From an uncultured Rikenellaceae bacterium (GTDB lineage: Bacteria > Bacteroidota > Bacteroidia > Bacteroidales > VadinHA17): a stretch of DNA of 64,000 nucleotides. This document shows, one piece after another, positions 22,502-33,519 of this stretch (positions are counted from its first letter, which is position 1; every line of letters begins with the position of its first letter). The stretch covers positions 1,097,337 to 1,161,336 of the forward strand of contig CAWFSO010000002.1 in NCBI GenBank assembly GCA_963818525.1. The letters run 5' to 3'. Under the pieces are notes generated by a model that made no database searches, was not told where the DNA came from, and saw nothing but the letters and a program-made list of their open reading frames with translations. The position numbers were made by a program, and so were the translations under genes.

Positions 22502-24451
22502 ATGATCAGGATCACATTCCCCGACGGCTCTGTCAGAGAGTTCAGTAAGGGGGTCAGCAGTTATGATATTGCGAGGTCAATAAGCCAGGGGCTGGCTGCC
22601 GAGGTCTATGCGGCGACGGTCAACGGTGAGTTATGGGATCTCTCGCGGCCACTGGTGGCAGACGCCACCCTTCGTCTCCACAAGTGGGATGATGCTGAGG
22701 CTAAGCATGCCTTCTGGCACTCTTCAGCTCACCTGATGGCTGAGGCGCTTGAGGCGCTCTGGCCGGGGATCAAGTTCGGCATCGGGCCGGCAATTGAGAA
22801 CGGGTTCTATTATGATGTCGATCCCGGTGAAGGCAAAGTGATAACTGACGCCGACCTTCCCCACGTTGAGGAGAAGATGAAGGAGCTGGCCGCAAAGAAC
22901 AGTCCCATTATCCGTACCGAGGTCAGCAAGAAGGAGGCGATGGATCTCTTCACTGAAAAGGGTGATGAGTACAAGACCGAGCTTATCTCGGAGCTTGAGG
23001 ACGGAACCATCACGCTCTACCGGCAGGGTAACTTCACCGATCTCTGCCGCGGTCCGCACCTGCCGGATACTTCATCAATCAAGGCCATAAAGGTGCTCAG
23101 TCTTGCCGGCGCCTACTGGCGTGGCGACGAGAAGCGCCGGATGATGACGCGCATCTATGGCATCACCTTCCCGAAGCAGAAACTGCTTGACGAATACATG
23201 GTGATGATTGAGGAGGCCCGCAAGCGTGACCACCGACGCATCGGAAAGGAACTTGATCTGTTTGCATTCTCGCCCCGGGTTGGCATGGGTCTGCCGCTGT
23301 GGCTCCCCAAAGGGGCTGACATGAAGCAGAGACTCATCGATTTCATGACCAGGGTGCTTAAGGAGAGAGGTTATGCCATGGTTTCGACACCGCATATCGG
23401 TAATGTTGATCTCTACAAGACCTCCGGTCACTTTGAAAAATACGGAGCCGACTCCTTCAGGCCTATAACCACTCCACAGGAGGGTGAGGTCTTCATGCTC
23501 AAGCCTATGAACTGTCCGCATCACTGTGAGATATTCAACGCCACGCCCCACTCATACAGGGATCTGCCGGTAAGAATGGCTGAGTTCGGTACCGTATACC
23601 GCTATGAGCAGAGCGGCGAGCTTCACGGACTGACCAGGGTACGCAGCTTCACGCAGGACGACGCGCACCACTTCTGCCGTCCCGACCAGCTGAAAGAGGA
23701 GTTCAAGAGCATAATCGACCTCGTTCAGTACATATTCAAGATTGCCGGATTCAATGAGTTCACGGCACAGATATCACTCAGGGACCCCTCCAACAAGGAG
23801 AAATACATAGGCACCGACGAGAACTGGGAGAAGGCTGAGCAGGCCATCATCGAGGCTGCCGGAGAGAAGAACCTCCTCACAACAATAGCTATTGGTGAGG
23901 CAGCATTCTACGGGCCCAAGCTCGACTTCATGGTCAGGGACGCCATCGGGCGCAAGTGGCAGCTGGGAACCATCCAGGTCGACTATAACCTGCCGGAGAG
24001 GTTTGAGCTTTACTATAACGGCAGTGATAACCAGAAGCATCAGCCCGTAATGATACACAGGGCAATCTTCGGTTCAATGGAAAGATTCGTTGCGGTACTC
24101 ATTGAAAATACGGCAGGCAAATTCCCGCTCTGGCTCACACCTGATCAGGCCGTGGTGTTGCCCATCAGCGAAAAATTCAATGATTATGCAAAAACTATTT
24201 CAAATCTCCTTAATAATTCCGATATTCGCACCCTGATTGACGACAGGAGCGAAAAGATCGGTAAGAAGATAAGGGATAATGAGTTAAAGAGGATTCCCTA
24301 CCTTCTTGTGATAGGTGAAAAAGAGGTTGAAGCCGGAACAGTTTCTGTCAGAAGGCAGGGTGAAGGCGATAAGGGAGTTATGAAACCTGCGGATTTCATC
24401 AGCCTTGTCAAAGAGGAAATTTCGAAAGAAATTGTTAACGTAAGAGATTGA
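22502..24451 (+). CDS. thrS: Threonine--tRNA ligase
   Basis: TGS domain, editing domain (HSSAHLMA), class II core ([23 protein letters not shown]) and a C-terminal anticodon-binding domain. Confidence 0.95.
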   Translation: MIRITFPDGSVREFSKGVSSYDIARSISQGLAAEVYAATVNGELWDLSRPLVADATLRLHKWDDAEAKHAFWHSSAHLMAEALEALWPGIKFGIGPAIENGFYYDVDPGEGKVITDADLPHVEEKMKELAAKNSPIIRTEVSKKEAMDLFTEKGDEYKTELISELEDGTITLYRQGNFTDLCRGPHLPDTSSIKAIKVLSLAGAYWRGDEKRRMMTRIYGITFPKQKLLDEYMVMIEEARKRDHRRIGKELDLFAFSPRVGMGLPLWLPKGADMKQRLIDFMTRVLKERGYAMVSTPHIGNVDLYKTSGHFEKYGADSFRPITTPQEGEVFMLKPMNCPHHCEIFNATPHSYRDLPVRMAEFGTVYRYEQSGELHGLTRVRSFTQDDAHHFCRPDQLKEEFKSIIDLVQYIFKIAGFNEFTAQISLRDPSNKEKYIGTDENWEKAEQAIIEAAGEKNLLTTIAIGEAAFYGPKLDFMVRDAIGRKWQLGTIQVDYNLPERFELYYNGSDNQKHQPVMIHRAIFGSMERFVAVLIENTAGKFPLWLTPDQAVVLPISEKFNDYAKTISNLLNNSDIRTLIDDRSEKIGKKIRDNELKRIPYLLVIGEKEVEAGTVSVRRQGEGDKGVMKPADFISLVKEEISKEIVNVRD

Positions 24452-24489
24452 TTTTAAACATAGTATTAATTTAACTGGAGGACAAAACC

Positions 24490-25044
24490 ATAGCAGGACC
24501 GATCTTTTCCAGGCCCAGGCCGGGAAGAAAACCCGAACCGGAACACCGGATTAACAACAGGATCACAGCCAGAACAGTAAGGGTTGTGGGTGAAAACATT
24601 GAACCGAGGGTTTTAAGCATCGGTGAGGCACTGAGTCTCGCTGACGAAATGGAACTGGATCTTGTTGAGATATCTCCCAACGCTGAACCGCCCGTTTGTA
24701 AGATCGTTGATTATCAGAAGTTTCTTTACCAGCAGAAGAAGAAACAGAAGGAGATCAAAGCAAATGCAGCCAAGATTGTGGTGAAGGAGATACGTTTCGG
24801 CCCCAACACCGATGACCATGATTACAACTTCAAGCTGAAGCATGCAATCAATTTCCTCGAGGAAGGTGCCAAGGTAAGGGCTTACGTGTTCTTCAAGGGA
24901 AGATCGATACTCTTCAAGGATCAGGGAGAAAAACTGCTTGCACGTTTTGTTGGTGATCTGGATGAGTACGGCAAGGTTGACCAGACCCCGAGACTGGAAG
25001 GAAAGAGAATGATTATCATCCTCTCACCGAAGAAGAAGAAGTAA
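24490..25044 (+). CDS. infC: Translation initiation factor IF-3, predicted non-canonical ATA start
   Basis: The ORF-track GTG 24586 would remove the conserved N-terminal HRINNRI...VRVVG segment. The frame is open back to the stop at 24472-24474 with no ATG/GTG/TTG. ATA 24490 is preceded by GGAGGA (24477-24482). ATC 24502 is an alternative. Confidence 0.75.
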   Translation: MAGPIFSRPRPGRKPEPEHRINNRITARTVRVVGENIEPRVLSIGEALSLADEMELDLVEISPNAEPPVCKIVDYQKFLYQQKKKQKEIKANAAKIVVKEIRFGPNTDDHDYNFKLKHAINFLEEGAKVRAYVFFKGRSILFKDQGEKLLARFVGDLDEYGKVDQTPRLEGKRMIIILSPKKKK

Positions 25045-25071
25045 TAATTTTTTTATACACATATATATAAC

Positions 25072-25269
25072 ATGCCAAAAATGAAAGTAAATCCGGGTGC
25101 AAAGAAGAGATTTTCTTTGACCGGTACAGGTAAAATCAAGCGTAAGCATGCATTCAAAAGTCACATCCTTACCAAGAAGTCGACCAAGCGTAAGAGGAAT
25201 CTTACTTACGGCGGCCTCGTGGACAAGTCAGATGAGAAGAATGTGAAACTTATGCTCGGTCTGAAGTAA
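25072..25269 (+). CDS. rpmI: 50S ribosomal protein L35
   Basis: 65 aa, [14 protein letters not shown]..., position between infC and rplT. Confidence 0.93.
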   Translation: MPKMKVNPGAKKRFSLTGTGKIKRKHAFKSHILTKKSTKRKRNLTYGGLVDKSDEKNVKLMLGLK

Positions 25270-25369
25270 TAATTACGACCTGTCAGAGTGATAATCAATT
25301 GAATTATTAACCTGGGTGTGAAGCTTAAAAGACCTGAAGAGGCGCTTACATCCGAAAAAGAGAAAAGAA

Positions 25370-25717
25370 ATGCCAAGATCAACAAACGCCCCAGCATCAA
25401 GGGCTAGAAGAAAAAAGATTTTAAAGCAGACCAAAGGGTACTTCGGCGCCACTTCCAATGTTTACACCGTTGCCAAGAACGTACTTGAGAAGGGTCTGGG
25501 CTATGCCTACCGTGACCGCAAGGACAAGAAGGGACAGTTCAGGGCGCTGTGGATCCAGAGGATCAACGCCGGCGTACGCCTTCACGGAATGAGTTATTCC
25601 CAGTTTATCGGAGGGCTTGAAAAGAAGGGTATATCCCTTAACCGCAAGACCCTTGCCGATCTTGCAATGAACCATCCCGAAGCCTTCAAGGCGATAGTGG
25701 ATAAAGTAAAAGAATAA
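25370..25717 (+). CDS. rplT: 50S ribosomal protein L20
   Basis: 115 aa, MPRSTN...[22 protein letters not shown]. Confidence 0.93.
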   Translation: MPRSTNAPASRARRKKILKQTKGYFGATSNVYTVAKNVLEKGLGYAYRDRKDKKGQFRALWIQRINAGVRLHGMSYSQFIGGLEKKGISLNRKTLADLAMNHPEAFKAIVDKVKE

Positions 25718-25745
25718 AAAAAAGCGGGCAGAACCCGCTTTTTTA
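25716..25745 (+). terminator. Intrinsic terminator of the thrS-infC-rpmI-rplT unit
   Basis: aaaaaaa-AGCGGG-cagaa-CCCGCT-tttttt immediately after the rplT stop. Confidence 0.8.
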
Positions 25746-25824
25746 TTGTCGATTTGCGATTTGCGATTTGCGAATGGCTGGATTTAAATCGAAAATCGCA
25801 AATCTTAAATCGACAATCGACAAT
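25745..25824. repeat. Inverted heptamer-repeat element: left arm 25745-25775 (ATTGTCG ATTTGCG x3), 6-nt spacer, right arm 25782-25824 (AAATCGA/AAATCGC/AATCGAC units)
   Basis: Read directly. 25745-25753 (attgtcgat) is the perfect reverse complement of 25816-25824. The right arm runs into the lepB stop codon (25824-25826). Confidence 0.9.
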
Positions 25825-27227
25825 TAATGCTTGGCTCCCTTGAAGAACCTGTTGAACCTTACCTTCCTGAAGCCGTCTGCCTCCTTGTTGATGGAGAGCC
25901 ACACAAGTACAGGTCTGCCCACAATGTGATCCTCGGGGACGAACCCCCAGAAACGCGAGTCGGAAGAGGCATGCCTGTTGTCGCCCATCATCCAGTAATA
26001 GTCCATTTTAAAGGTATAGCTGTCTGCTGGCTGGCCGTTGATATAGATCACGGTGTCACGGATCTCAAGGTCGTTCTCCTCGTATATATCTATAATTGAG
26101 GTGTACAGGCTTATGTTTGTCATGTCAATCTTCACCGTGGTTCCTTTCTTTGGTATCCAGAGCGGTCCGAAGTTATCCTCGTTCCACCTGTACTGAGGGT
26201 CATGCGGGAAGATATAGGATGCATATTCGCCAGGTCTCATGTAATCAGCCTCTATGCCGGTGACATTGGCAAAGCCTGAAATTACCCGGGCATTCTCTTT
26301 TGTAAGAGGCAGTTTGTAAACCGTGCCTGAAAGCATCATCGACTGGTCCGACTTTGAAATGTCCATTCTCTCGAAAGCCTTGGGATTGATCCGGGTTCCG
26401 TTGGTACGGACATAATATGATGTCTGCTGCGTCTCGTACTCCTCAACTGCCTTGCCATTAACGAAGAGCTGTCCCCTTTTTATCTGCAGGCTATCGCCCG
26501 GTATGGCCACGCAACGTTTCACGTAGTTGTCGCGGCGGTCAACAGGCCGGTATATCACGGTATATTCATCCCACACCATCTGCCTTGCGAGGGTGTTGTA
26601 CTCCTCTTTTGTCTTCAGTTTCCTGTTGCCCCTGATATCCTCAGCCGTCATCAATTCGGCCCGCTCCCTCACAATCTCGTAATAACTTACAACCTGGTTC
26701 TCGAGGCATACTGTATCTCCGGCGGGGAAGTTGAACACCACCACGTCATTGTTCTTCACATGACCGAAACCCTTGAGGCGCTTGTATTTCCAGTGCACCA
26801 GGTCTGACCATGACTTTCCCTTCCCCCCTGTCAGCGGAAGGGTGTGCTGGGTGAAGGGAAAAGCTATCGGGGTGTTCGGCATGCGGGGACCATAGGCGAC
26901 CTTGCTGACGGCAAGATGATCACCCACCAGCAGGGTCTTCTCCATTGAAGGAGTGGGGATCCGGTAATTCTGGAACAGGAAGATGTTGATAAGAGTCACG
27001 GCGATGACTGCAAAGATGAGGGCATCGAGCCATTCGATGACCGTGCTGTTCTTTCCGTTGCGCTTCTTCCAGAAGGCCCAGTTGACCTTTTTGGTAACAT
27101 AAATATCAAAGAGAACCGGCAGGCCGAGAAGCAGAAGGAAGTTGCCAATCCATATGACCCACAATATGAAAAGTACGGCTGCAACTCCGAATCTGAAGAA
27201 TTTGTTATTTAAAAGCTCTTTCATCAT
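25824..27227 (-). CDS. lepB: Signal peptidase I
   Basis: N-terminal TM helices, S26 catalytic Ser region (PTPSMEKTL) and GDNRHASSDSRFWGFVPEDHIVG box. Confidence 0.9.
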   Translation of the reverse strand: MMKELLNNKFFRFGVAAVLFILWVIWIGNFLLLLGLPVLFDIYVTKKVNWAFWKKRNGKNSTVIEWLDALIFAVIAVTLINIFLFQNYRIPTPSMEKTLLVGDHLAVSKVAYGPRMPNTPIAFPFTQHTLPLTGGKGKSWSDLVHWKYKRLKGFGHVKNNDVVVFNFPAGDTVCLENQVVSYYEIVRERAELMTAEDIRGNRKLKTKEEYNTLARQMVWDEYTVIYRPVDRRDNYVKRCVAIPGDSLQIKRGQLFVNGKAVEEYETQQTSYYVRTNGTRINPKAFERMDISKSDQSMMLSGTVYKLPLTKENARVISGFANVTGIEADYMRPGEYASYIFPHDPQYRWNEDNFGPLWIPKKGTTVKIDMTNISLYTSIIDIYEENDLEIRDTVIYINGQPADSYTFKMDYYWMMGDNRHASSDSRFWGFVPEDHIVGRPVLVWLSINKEADGFRKVRFNRFFKGAKH

Positions 27228-27250
27228 TCCTTATTTTCGCTGCAAATCTA

Positions 27251-27973
27251 CTATAATAAATTTAAAACATCTGCCATGCTATAAACGCCTTTGCGGGTCG
27301 AGATGAAACCTGCCGCAAGCAAGGCTCCTGCCGCAAAACCCCGGCGGTTCAGTGCTTCATGCCTCAGGGAGATCGTATCCTCCCCGGAACTCCACCTCAC
27401 CTCATGGATCCCCGACACTGCGCCTTCCCTAACTGAGACAATGGGGATCTTCCCCGGGTCCGGGCCATCCTCCGCGCTGATCCAGCCGTTGTATCCGCTT
27501 TGCTGCCCTGTGATCTGTCCGGCAAGAGTTATTGCCGTACCGCTGGGAGCGTCGAGTTTTGCTGTATGATGTACCTCTTCTATGCCAACACTGTAACCCG
27601 GCATACCCCTCATAATCCGTGCCAGTTCGGAATTCAGCCTGAAGAGGACATTGACGCCGATGCTGTAGTTTGATGAATGGATGAAGGCTCCCCCCTGCTC
27701 GCGGCAGTATCGGGCCACCTCATCATATCTTGTCAGCCAGCCGGTTGAGCCTGAAACGACCGGTACACCGTAAGAGAGGGCCCTGAGTATGGTATCTGCA
27801 GCAGCTTCAGGACCGGTGAACTCCATTGCAACGTCACAGGTTGAAGCAATATCAGGGTTGAACAGCTCCTGGCTGCTGATATCTGTTCTGACAACTATTT
27901 CATGTCCGCCGGCAAGAGCGACCGATTCAATCTCGCGGCCCATCCGGCCGTAACCAAGGAGGGCGATCCTCAT
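27251..27973 (-). CDS. dapB: 4-hydroxy-tetrahydrodipicolinate reductase
   Basis: N-terminal Rossmann MRIALLGYGRMG, and EEVHHTAKLDAPSGTA (HHxxKxDxPSGTA signature). Confidence 0.9.
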   Translation of the reverse strand: MRIALLGYGRMGREIESVALAGGHEIVVRTDISSQELFNPDIASTCDVAMEFTGPEAAADTILRALSYGVPVVSGSTGWLTRYDEVARYCREQGGAFIHSSNYSIGVNVLFRLNSELARIMRGMPGYSVGIEEVHHTAKLDAPSGTAITLAGQITGQQSGYNGWISAEDGPDPGKIPIVSVREGAVSGIHEVRWSSGEDTISLRHEALNRRGFAAGALLAAGFISTRKGVYSMADVLNLL

Positions 27974-29257
27974 CTACTTTGCCTCGAGCCTGATAGTATC
28001 AACCTTCTCCATATCGGAAATATAATACTTTGATCCGATGAGGAACAGTAACGCACCAAGCAACAGGGAGAAAGGAAGAATACTCATAGCTGTCTGAATA
28101 TTTGTGAGGTCTGAGATCCTTCCGAGAACAATGGGTGCAGTGAAAGACCCCAGAAGGTTCTGGACAAGGACAGCAATTGCATAAGAGGTAGCCCTGAGAC
28201 CCGGATGGATGACATCCTGTGTTACGGCAGCAGCACCTGAAATGAACAGCATGATGAAGATTCCGAACACAAACAGGGTGATAAGCTGTACCGTGCCTTT
28301 GAATACATAAAATGAAAGGAAGAGCAGTATGGCGGAGATGAATGTCGTTATTGCCGGGAACAGCATCCTGGCCCTCTTCTCAGTCTTTCTCCAGCGGTCG
28401 ATTATAAATCCGCCCATGGGGGCCCCTATCAGTGCCAGCATCATTACGGCTCCTGCGAGGGTACCGGCTTTCTTGGGATCCATCCCATTGGAGATCTCAA
28501 AGAACTTCGGAAGCCATACGATCATTGCCGTGGTCACAAAGACAATGGCTGTCATCCCGAAGTAGGTATAGATCACTGAGGGTTTCTTCAGGAATTCCTT
28601 TATCATGTCTTTCCGTTCCATCTTGATTTTATTGTCACCCTTGTCTACCCTGGAGAGGGCTACTGTCTTATAATCCTTAACGAACAGGAACAGGATGGCA
28701 ATTATCAGTCCCGGCACCGCAACAATGCCAAAGGCATGCTTCCAGCCCCAGGTGCTGGCAATGATGCCTCCCATAGTGACGCCGATAGCAGAGCCCAGCG
28801 GTATGGAGGCGTTCCACAATCCCATCATTCTTGAACGCTTCTCTATCGGATACATGCCTGAAATGAGTGCGCTGCCGCCCGGCGCGTACCCTGCTTCACC
28901 GAAACCTATCAGGATACGGGCCATAAACAATTGCACGTAGTTTCCCGTAAAAGCACAAAGAAGAGTGGCCAGACTCCATACTATCGCCATAATACCGATC
29001 GTCTTGGTCCTGCTCCAGCGGTCTATTACCAGGGAAACAGGAAAGGTCAGAAGTCCTATTGTGAGATAAATGACTGAGACAAGCCATCCCGACTGGAAGT
29101 CATTGATACCCAGATCATGCTGAATGTAGGAAAACATCGAGTTGACAACCATTCTGTCTGCATAATCAAACAGATACAGGAGGAACAGAAGCATGAACAC
29201 ATAATTGGAATAGCTCTTTGAGAACAGGTAACCCGGACGGATTGTCTTTGCTTTCAT
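27974..29257 (-). CDS. MFS transporter
   Basis: 12 predicted TM helices and an MFS loop motif (DRWSRTKT). ATG at 29255-29257 (MKAKTIRPGY) is preferred over TTG 29299. Its stop abuts the dapB start. Confidence 0.8.
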   Translation of the reverse strand: MKAKTIRPGYLFSKSYSNYVFMLLFLLYLFDYADRMVVNSMFSYIQHDLGINDFQSGWLVSVIYLTIGLLTFPVSLVIDRWSRTKTIGIMAIVWSLATLLCAFTGNYVQLFMARILIGFGEAGYAPGGSALISGMYPIEKRSRMMGLWNASIPLGSAIGVTMGGIIASTWGWKHAFGIVAVPGLIIAILFLFVKDYKTVALSRVDKGDNKIKMERKDMIKEFLKKPSVIYTYFGMTAIVFVTTAMIVWLPKFFEISNGMDPKKAGTLAGAVMMLALIGAPMGGFIIDRWRKTEKRARMLFPAITTFISAILLFLSFYVFKGTVQLITLFVFGIFIMLFISGAAAVTQDVIHPGLRATSYAIAVLVQNLLGSFTAPIVLGRISDLTNIQTAMSILPFSLLLGALLFLIGSKYYISDMEKVDTIRLEAK

Positions 29258-29351
29258 TGTTTCAAATGTTGGAGTTTTAAAACATAGGTAATTGGGCAAC
29301 TAAAATAATGTCAATTTCTTTATCTTGCACGGGTTTTGAAAAATCATTGCG

Positions 29352-31037
29352 ATGAAACAAGGAATAATATCAGTTATGGTACTCTCTTTGCTGGTTGCCG
29401 CAGGCTGTTCCCCGAGGGAAAAGGCTGACATGGTTATTACAGGTGGCAGGGTTTTCACTGCCGACTCTTTAAATCCATTTGCCGGGGCAGTGGCCGTAAG
29501 GGGTAACAGGATCATTGCCGTGGGCAGCGAAAAGCAGATCAGCAGGCTCATTGATCAGGCATCCACAAAGGTGATTGATGCCACCGGCAGAACTGTTATC
29601 CCCGGCTTCAATGACGCTCACGCCCACTTCGGTCCGGTTGATCCGGACTTTATTGAGCTGAGGTACGTAACTGATCCTGCCGTAATAACAGAAAGGGTCA
29701 GGGAGCAGGTATCGCGTGTGCAAAAGGGGGAGCTCATTTACGGCGGCCACTGGGAGCATGAGATGTTCACCACGCGCGAATGGCCCACCAGGGAGCTGAT
29801 CGATGCCGTCTCGCCCGATAACCCTGTGGTACTGCGCCGCACCGACGGGCACAGTGTCCTTGTCAACAGCTATGTACTGAGGAACTCGGGCATAACGCGG
29901 AGCACTCCTGACCCGTTCGGCGGCGAGATAATGCATGATCCGGTCACCGGCGAACCTACGGGCATACTCAAGGAGAGCGCCATGTCACTGATAAAGACAG
30001 GGGCAAAAGTGGCTGAAATGACTCCTGCCGAGGAGAGTGAAAAAGAGTGGCGCGGATATCTCACTGCCCTGCGTCAGGCAGCGGAGTACGGTATCACAAG
30101 TATACAGATACCCGGCAGCGCCGACTTCAGGATGTATGATTCGATTATGGCAGCTGGGCTCCTCACCTGCCGGATAGACATCGGGGGCGAGCTGACCGCC
30201 GACCCCACCGGGCTCGACAGGTACGAAGAGCTGAGGAAGAGGTACCCCGGCACCGGCGACTGGATCAGGTTCGGTTACCTGAAGGACTTCATGGACGGGA
30301 CCCTTGGTTCAGCGACGGCCATGATGTTCGAGCCTTTCAATGACGAGCCTGACAAAACCGGTCTGCCTCAGATAAGCTACGAAGAGCTTGAGAAAAGGGT
30401 GCTGGCAGCAGACAGCCGCGGATTTCAGATAGGTATTCATGCCATAGGACCGAAAGCCAACAACTGGATCCTGAATGCGTATGAAAAGGCGCGTGATGTA
30501 AATGGTGTCCGTGACAGCCGTCACCGGTCGGAACATGCCCAGATACTGATAGAAGAGGATATTCCGCGGTTTGCCGGACTGGGGGTGATCGCCTCGATGC
30601 AGCCGACACACTGCATCACTGACAAGCGGTTCGCGGAGAAACGCATCGGCACAGAGCGCAGTCGCTGGGCTTATGCCTGGAAGAGCCTCGCCGACAGCGG
30701 CGCAGCGCTGGCTTTCGGAACCGACTATTCAGTTGAGCCGCTTAACCCCATGGAAGGCCTTTATGCTTCTGTCACCCGCAAGGACCGCAAGGGGGAAGAG
30801 GGCGAAGGATGGTTCCCGATGGAGAAGATAACGATGGAAAAGGCTGTTGAATACTATACTCTCGGCGGTGCGTATGCACAGTTCATGGAGGAGAGGAAGG
30901 GGATGCTGAAGGAGGGCTATTTAGCAGACATAACCATCCTCTCAGAAGATATATTCAACATCACTGAGGAGATGATTATGTCTGTAAAAGCAGATTATAC
31001 AATCGTTGACGGAAAGATAGTCTATGAAAGAAAATAG
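29352..31037 (+). CDS. Exported metal-dependent amidohydrolase (Amidohydro_3-like)
   Basis: Lipobox LLVAAGCS, N-terminal PGFNDAHAH metal-binding motif, ~560 aa architecture typical of the amidohydrolase 3 family. Substrate unknown. Confidence 0.75.
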   Translation: MKQGIISVMVLSLLVAAGCSPREKADMVITGGRVFTADSLNPFAGAVAVRGNRIIAVGSEKQISRLIDQASTKVIDATGRTVIPGFNDAHAHFGPVDPDFIELRYVTDPAVITERVREQVSRVQKGELIYGGHWEHEMFTTREWPTRELIDAVSPDNPVVLRRTDGHSVLVNSYVLRNSGITRSTPDPFGGEIMHDPVTGEPTGILKESAMSLIKTGAKVAEMTPAEESEKEWRGYLTALRQAAEYGITSIQIPGSADFRMYDSIMAAGLLTCRIDIGGELTADPTGLDRYEELRKRYPGTGDWIRFGYLKDFMDGTLGSATAMMFEPFNDEPDKTGLPQISYEELEKRVLAADSRGFQIGIHAIGPKANNWILNAYEKARDVNGVRDSRHRSEHAQILIEEDIPRFAGLGVIASMQPTHCITDKRFAEKRIGTERSRWAYAWKSLADSGAALAFGTDYSVEPLNPMEGLYASVTRKDRKGEEGEGWFPMEKITMEKAVEYYTLGGAYAQFMEERKGMLKEGYLADITILSEDIFNITEEMIMSVKADYTIVDGKIVYERK

Positions 31038-31041
31038 CAGA

Positions 31042-31377
31042 CTAAAGTTTGGTCTTGTCTTCTATGGTTGCTCCGGGGGCATTTTTCTTCACAGATGCAA
31101 TTCCGTTTTCACAGCTGGCTGTTGAGTCATACATTTCGCTCTTGCCTATGACCTGCCCGTTGGTTGCTTTCAGGTTGAAATGGAACTTGCCGTTCTTGGC
31201 AACCTTCGACTCAAATCTTTTGACATCTGCGGCATTCTTCATGACCGACTTTACCCCGTTCATGCATGACGGTTTTGACGCATAGCCTTCGCTTGCAAGA
31301 ATCACCTGACCATTGCCGGCAAGAAGGTTGAACTGAAACTCACCGTTTTTCCTTTTCGAGATAACAAATTTTCCCAT
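31042..31377 (-). CDS. YegP/UPF0339 family protein (two DUF1508 repeats)
   Basis: Tandem repeats GKFxFNLxAxNGQVIxxSExY. ATG 31377 (MGKFVISK) is preferred over the longer ORF-track start 31422. Confidence 0.8.
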   Translation of the reverse strand: MGKFVISKRKNGEFQFNLLAGNGQVILASEGYASKPSCMNGVKSVMKNAADVKRFESKVAKNGKFHFNLKATNGQVIGKSEMYDSTASCENGIASVKKNAPGATIEDKTKL

Positions 31378-31464
31378 GTTACTAAATTTAATTAATGGAT
31401 AAATTACACTTGTCGTTTCCAAATATACAAAAAAACTGTATTAGATTTACCAAACAGGAATTTC

Positions 31465-32148
31465 ATGAGGATAGATATAATAACAGTGTTGCCCGAGCTT
31501 CTGAGGAGCTCATTTGATGAGTCTATCATCAAAAGAGCCAGGGCTAAGGGCATTGTGGAAATCAACGTCATAAACCTGCGTGATTTCTCCGGTGACAAAC
31601 ATAAAAACGTAGATGATTACCAGTTCGGGGGCGGAGCGGGCATGGTGATGATGATCGAACCCGTTTACAATTGCATAACTCACCTCTCCTCCCTCCGCAG
31701 ATATGACGAAATCATCTACACCTCTCCCGACGGAGACCGCTTCACGCAACCCCTCGCCAACGAGCTGTCGATGAAGGAAAATATTATCATCCTTGCGGGT
31801 CACTACAAAGGTATAGACCAGCGCATCAGGGACCATCTCATCACCCGTGAGATCTCCATCGGCGATTATGTACTTACCGGGGGTGAGCTGCCGGCGGCGG
31901 TGATCACTGATGCCATTGTAAGGCTGCTGCCCGGTGCCATCTCTGATGCCGGATCTGCCCTCTCCGACTCCTTCCAGGACAACCTGCTGGCACCCCCTGT
32001 ATATACCAGGCCGGCAGAGTTCATGGGATGGAAGGTGCCGGAGATCCTGACCGGCGGCAATACCCCTGAAATTGAAAAATGGCGCTTCGAACAATCGGTA
32101 CGCAATACCAGGGAGAAAAGACCGGATCTCCTGGGTGAAGAATCATGA
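31465..32148 (+). CDS. trmD: tRNA (guanine37-N1)-methyltransferase
   Basis: [11 protein letters not shown]..., GGGAGMVM, and the [19 protein letters not shown]-knot motif. Confidence 0.93.
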   Translation: MRIDIITVLPELLRSSFDESIIKRARAKGIVEINVINLRDFSGDKHKNVDDYQFGGGAGMVMMIEPVYNCITHLSSLRRYDEIIYTSPDGDRFTQPLANELSMKENIIILAGHYKGIDQRIRDHLITREISIGDYVLTGGELPAAVITDAIVRLLPGAISDAGSALSDSFQDNLLAPPVYTRPAEFMGWKVPEILTGGNTPEIEKWRFEQSVRNTREKRPDLLGEES

Positions 32149-32220
32149 TTCTTTCTTTTCTTTTTGTCGAAAAAGGTTTGTAACATTGCCTCCCGCTGAT
32201 AACAGATAAAACATATAGCT

Positions 32221-33432
32221 ATGAAACCTCATGAATACATCGAAAGAGAAGAGAAATACGGAGCGCATAATTATCACCCGCTGCCCGTGGTGCTTGACAG
32301 GGGCCAGGGGCCTTTTGTCTGGGATGTAGAGGGAAAGCGGTATTATGATTTCCTCTCGGCATATTCGGCCGTAAACCAGGGTCACTGCCATCCGAAGATA
32401 ACGGCTGCACTGGTTGAACAGGCTCAGAAGCTGACGCTTACCTCGAGGGCTTTCTACAACTCGGTCCTGGGTGAGTATGAGGAGTACGTTACAAAATATT
32501 TCGGTTACGACAAGGTTCTTCCAATGAACACCGGCGCCGAGGCTGACGAGACAGCCCTCAAGCTGTGCCGCAAGTGGGCCTACCTGAAAAAAGGGATCAG
32601 GGAGAACCATGCGAAGATCATCGTCTGCGAAGGTAATTTCCATGGCCGCACCATCACCATCGTCTCGATGTCAACCGACCCGGATGCCCGCAAGGATTAC
32701 GGCCCGTTTACCCCGGGGTTCATTACAATACCCTACAATAACCTCCCGGCACTTGAGCTTGCTCTTACCGACCCTGACGTGGCAGGATTCCTGGTTGAGC
32801 CGATACAGGGCGAAGCCGGTGTCTTTGTGCCTGATGAGGGGTATATCAGAAAGGCTTATGACCTCTGTAAAAAGCATAATGTCCTCTTCATTGCCGATGA
32901 GGTGCAGACGGGTATCGCCCGCACCGGTAAGCTCCTGGCATGCGAGCATGAGGGCGTCAGACCTGACATCCTCATACTGGGCAAAGCCCTCTCAGGAGGT
33001 GCAATGCCGGTATCCGCTGTTCTGGCTGATGACTACATCATGATGACCATCAAGCCTGGCGAACACGGTTCTACCTTTGGCGGAAACCCCCTGGCAGGCA
33101 AAGTGGCGATAGCTGCACTGGAAGTTATCAGGGAGGAGAAGCTTGCTGAAAAGGCCGAGAAACTCGGGAAAATTTTCCGTGATGAGCTTAGCTCGGTTAA
33201 ATCGGATATGATAGAACTGGTAAGAGGCAAAGGACTGCTGAACGCCATTGTCGTAAGACCGAAGAACGGCAAGGAGGCATGGGATGTATGCCTGGCAATG
33301 ATGGAGCTTGGTGTTCTGGCAAAACCCACACACGGCCATATTATACGGTTCGCTCCGCCCCTCGTAATCACCGAGGAGCAGTTGCGCGACGCCATTTCCA
33401 TCATCAAAAAGGCCTTGCTGCAGTTCGAATAG
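32221..33432 (+). CDS. rocD: Ornithine--oxo-acid aminotransferase
   Basis: Class III aminotransferase with [14 protein letters not shown]-terminus, [11 protein letters not shown], and PLP-Lys in ILGKALSGG. Confidence 0.88.
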   Translation: MKPHEYIEREEKYGAHNYHPLPVVLDRGQGPFVWDVEGKRYYDFLSAYSAVNQGHCHPKITAALVEQAQKLTLTSRAFYNSVLGEYEEYVTKYFGYDKVLPMNTGAEADETALKLCRKWAYLKKGIRENHAKIIVCEGNFHGRTITIVSMSTDPDARKDYGPFTPGFITIPYNNLPALELALTDPDVAGFLVEPIQGEAGVFVPDEGYIRKAYDLCKKHNVLFIADEVQTGIARTGKLLACEHEGVRPDILILGKALSGGAMPVSAVLADDYIMMTIKPGEHGSTFGGNPLAGKVAIAALEVIREEKLAEKAEKLGKIFRDELSSVKSDMIELVRGKGLLNAIVVRPKNGKEAWDVCLAMMELGVLAKPTHGHIIRFAPPLVITEEQLRDAISIIKKALLQFE

Positions 33433-33492
33433 CGTTATTCACACCTGAAGGGGCATTGCATATATCATACTGCCCTGATTACAAAAGATTGC

Positions 33493-33500
33493 TACTTTTG
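33493..33500 (+). promoter_or_regulatory. Candidate -7 promoter box TACTTTTG
   Basis: TAnnTTTG 19 nt upstream of ATG 33520. Confidence 0.45.
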
Positions 33501-33519
33501 CCGGCACTAATACTGAATT

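Noticed and set aside
25270-25369. Structured L20-binding regulatory element in the 100-nt rpmI-rplT spacer
   Set aside because: I found only weak AT-only palindromic segments (around CAATTG). Nothing resembles the known L20 pseudoknot or helix mimics strongly enough to report.
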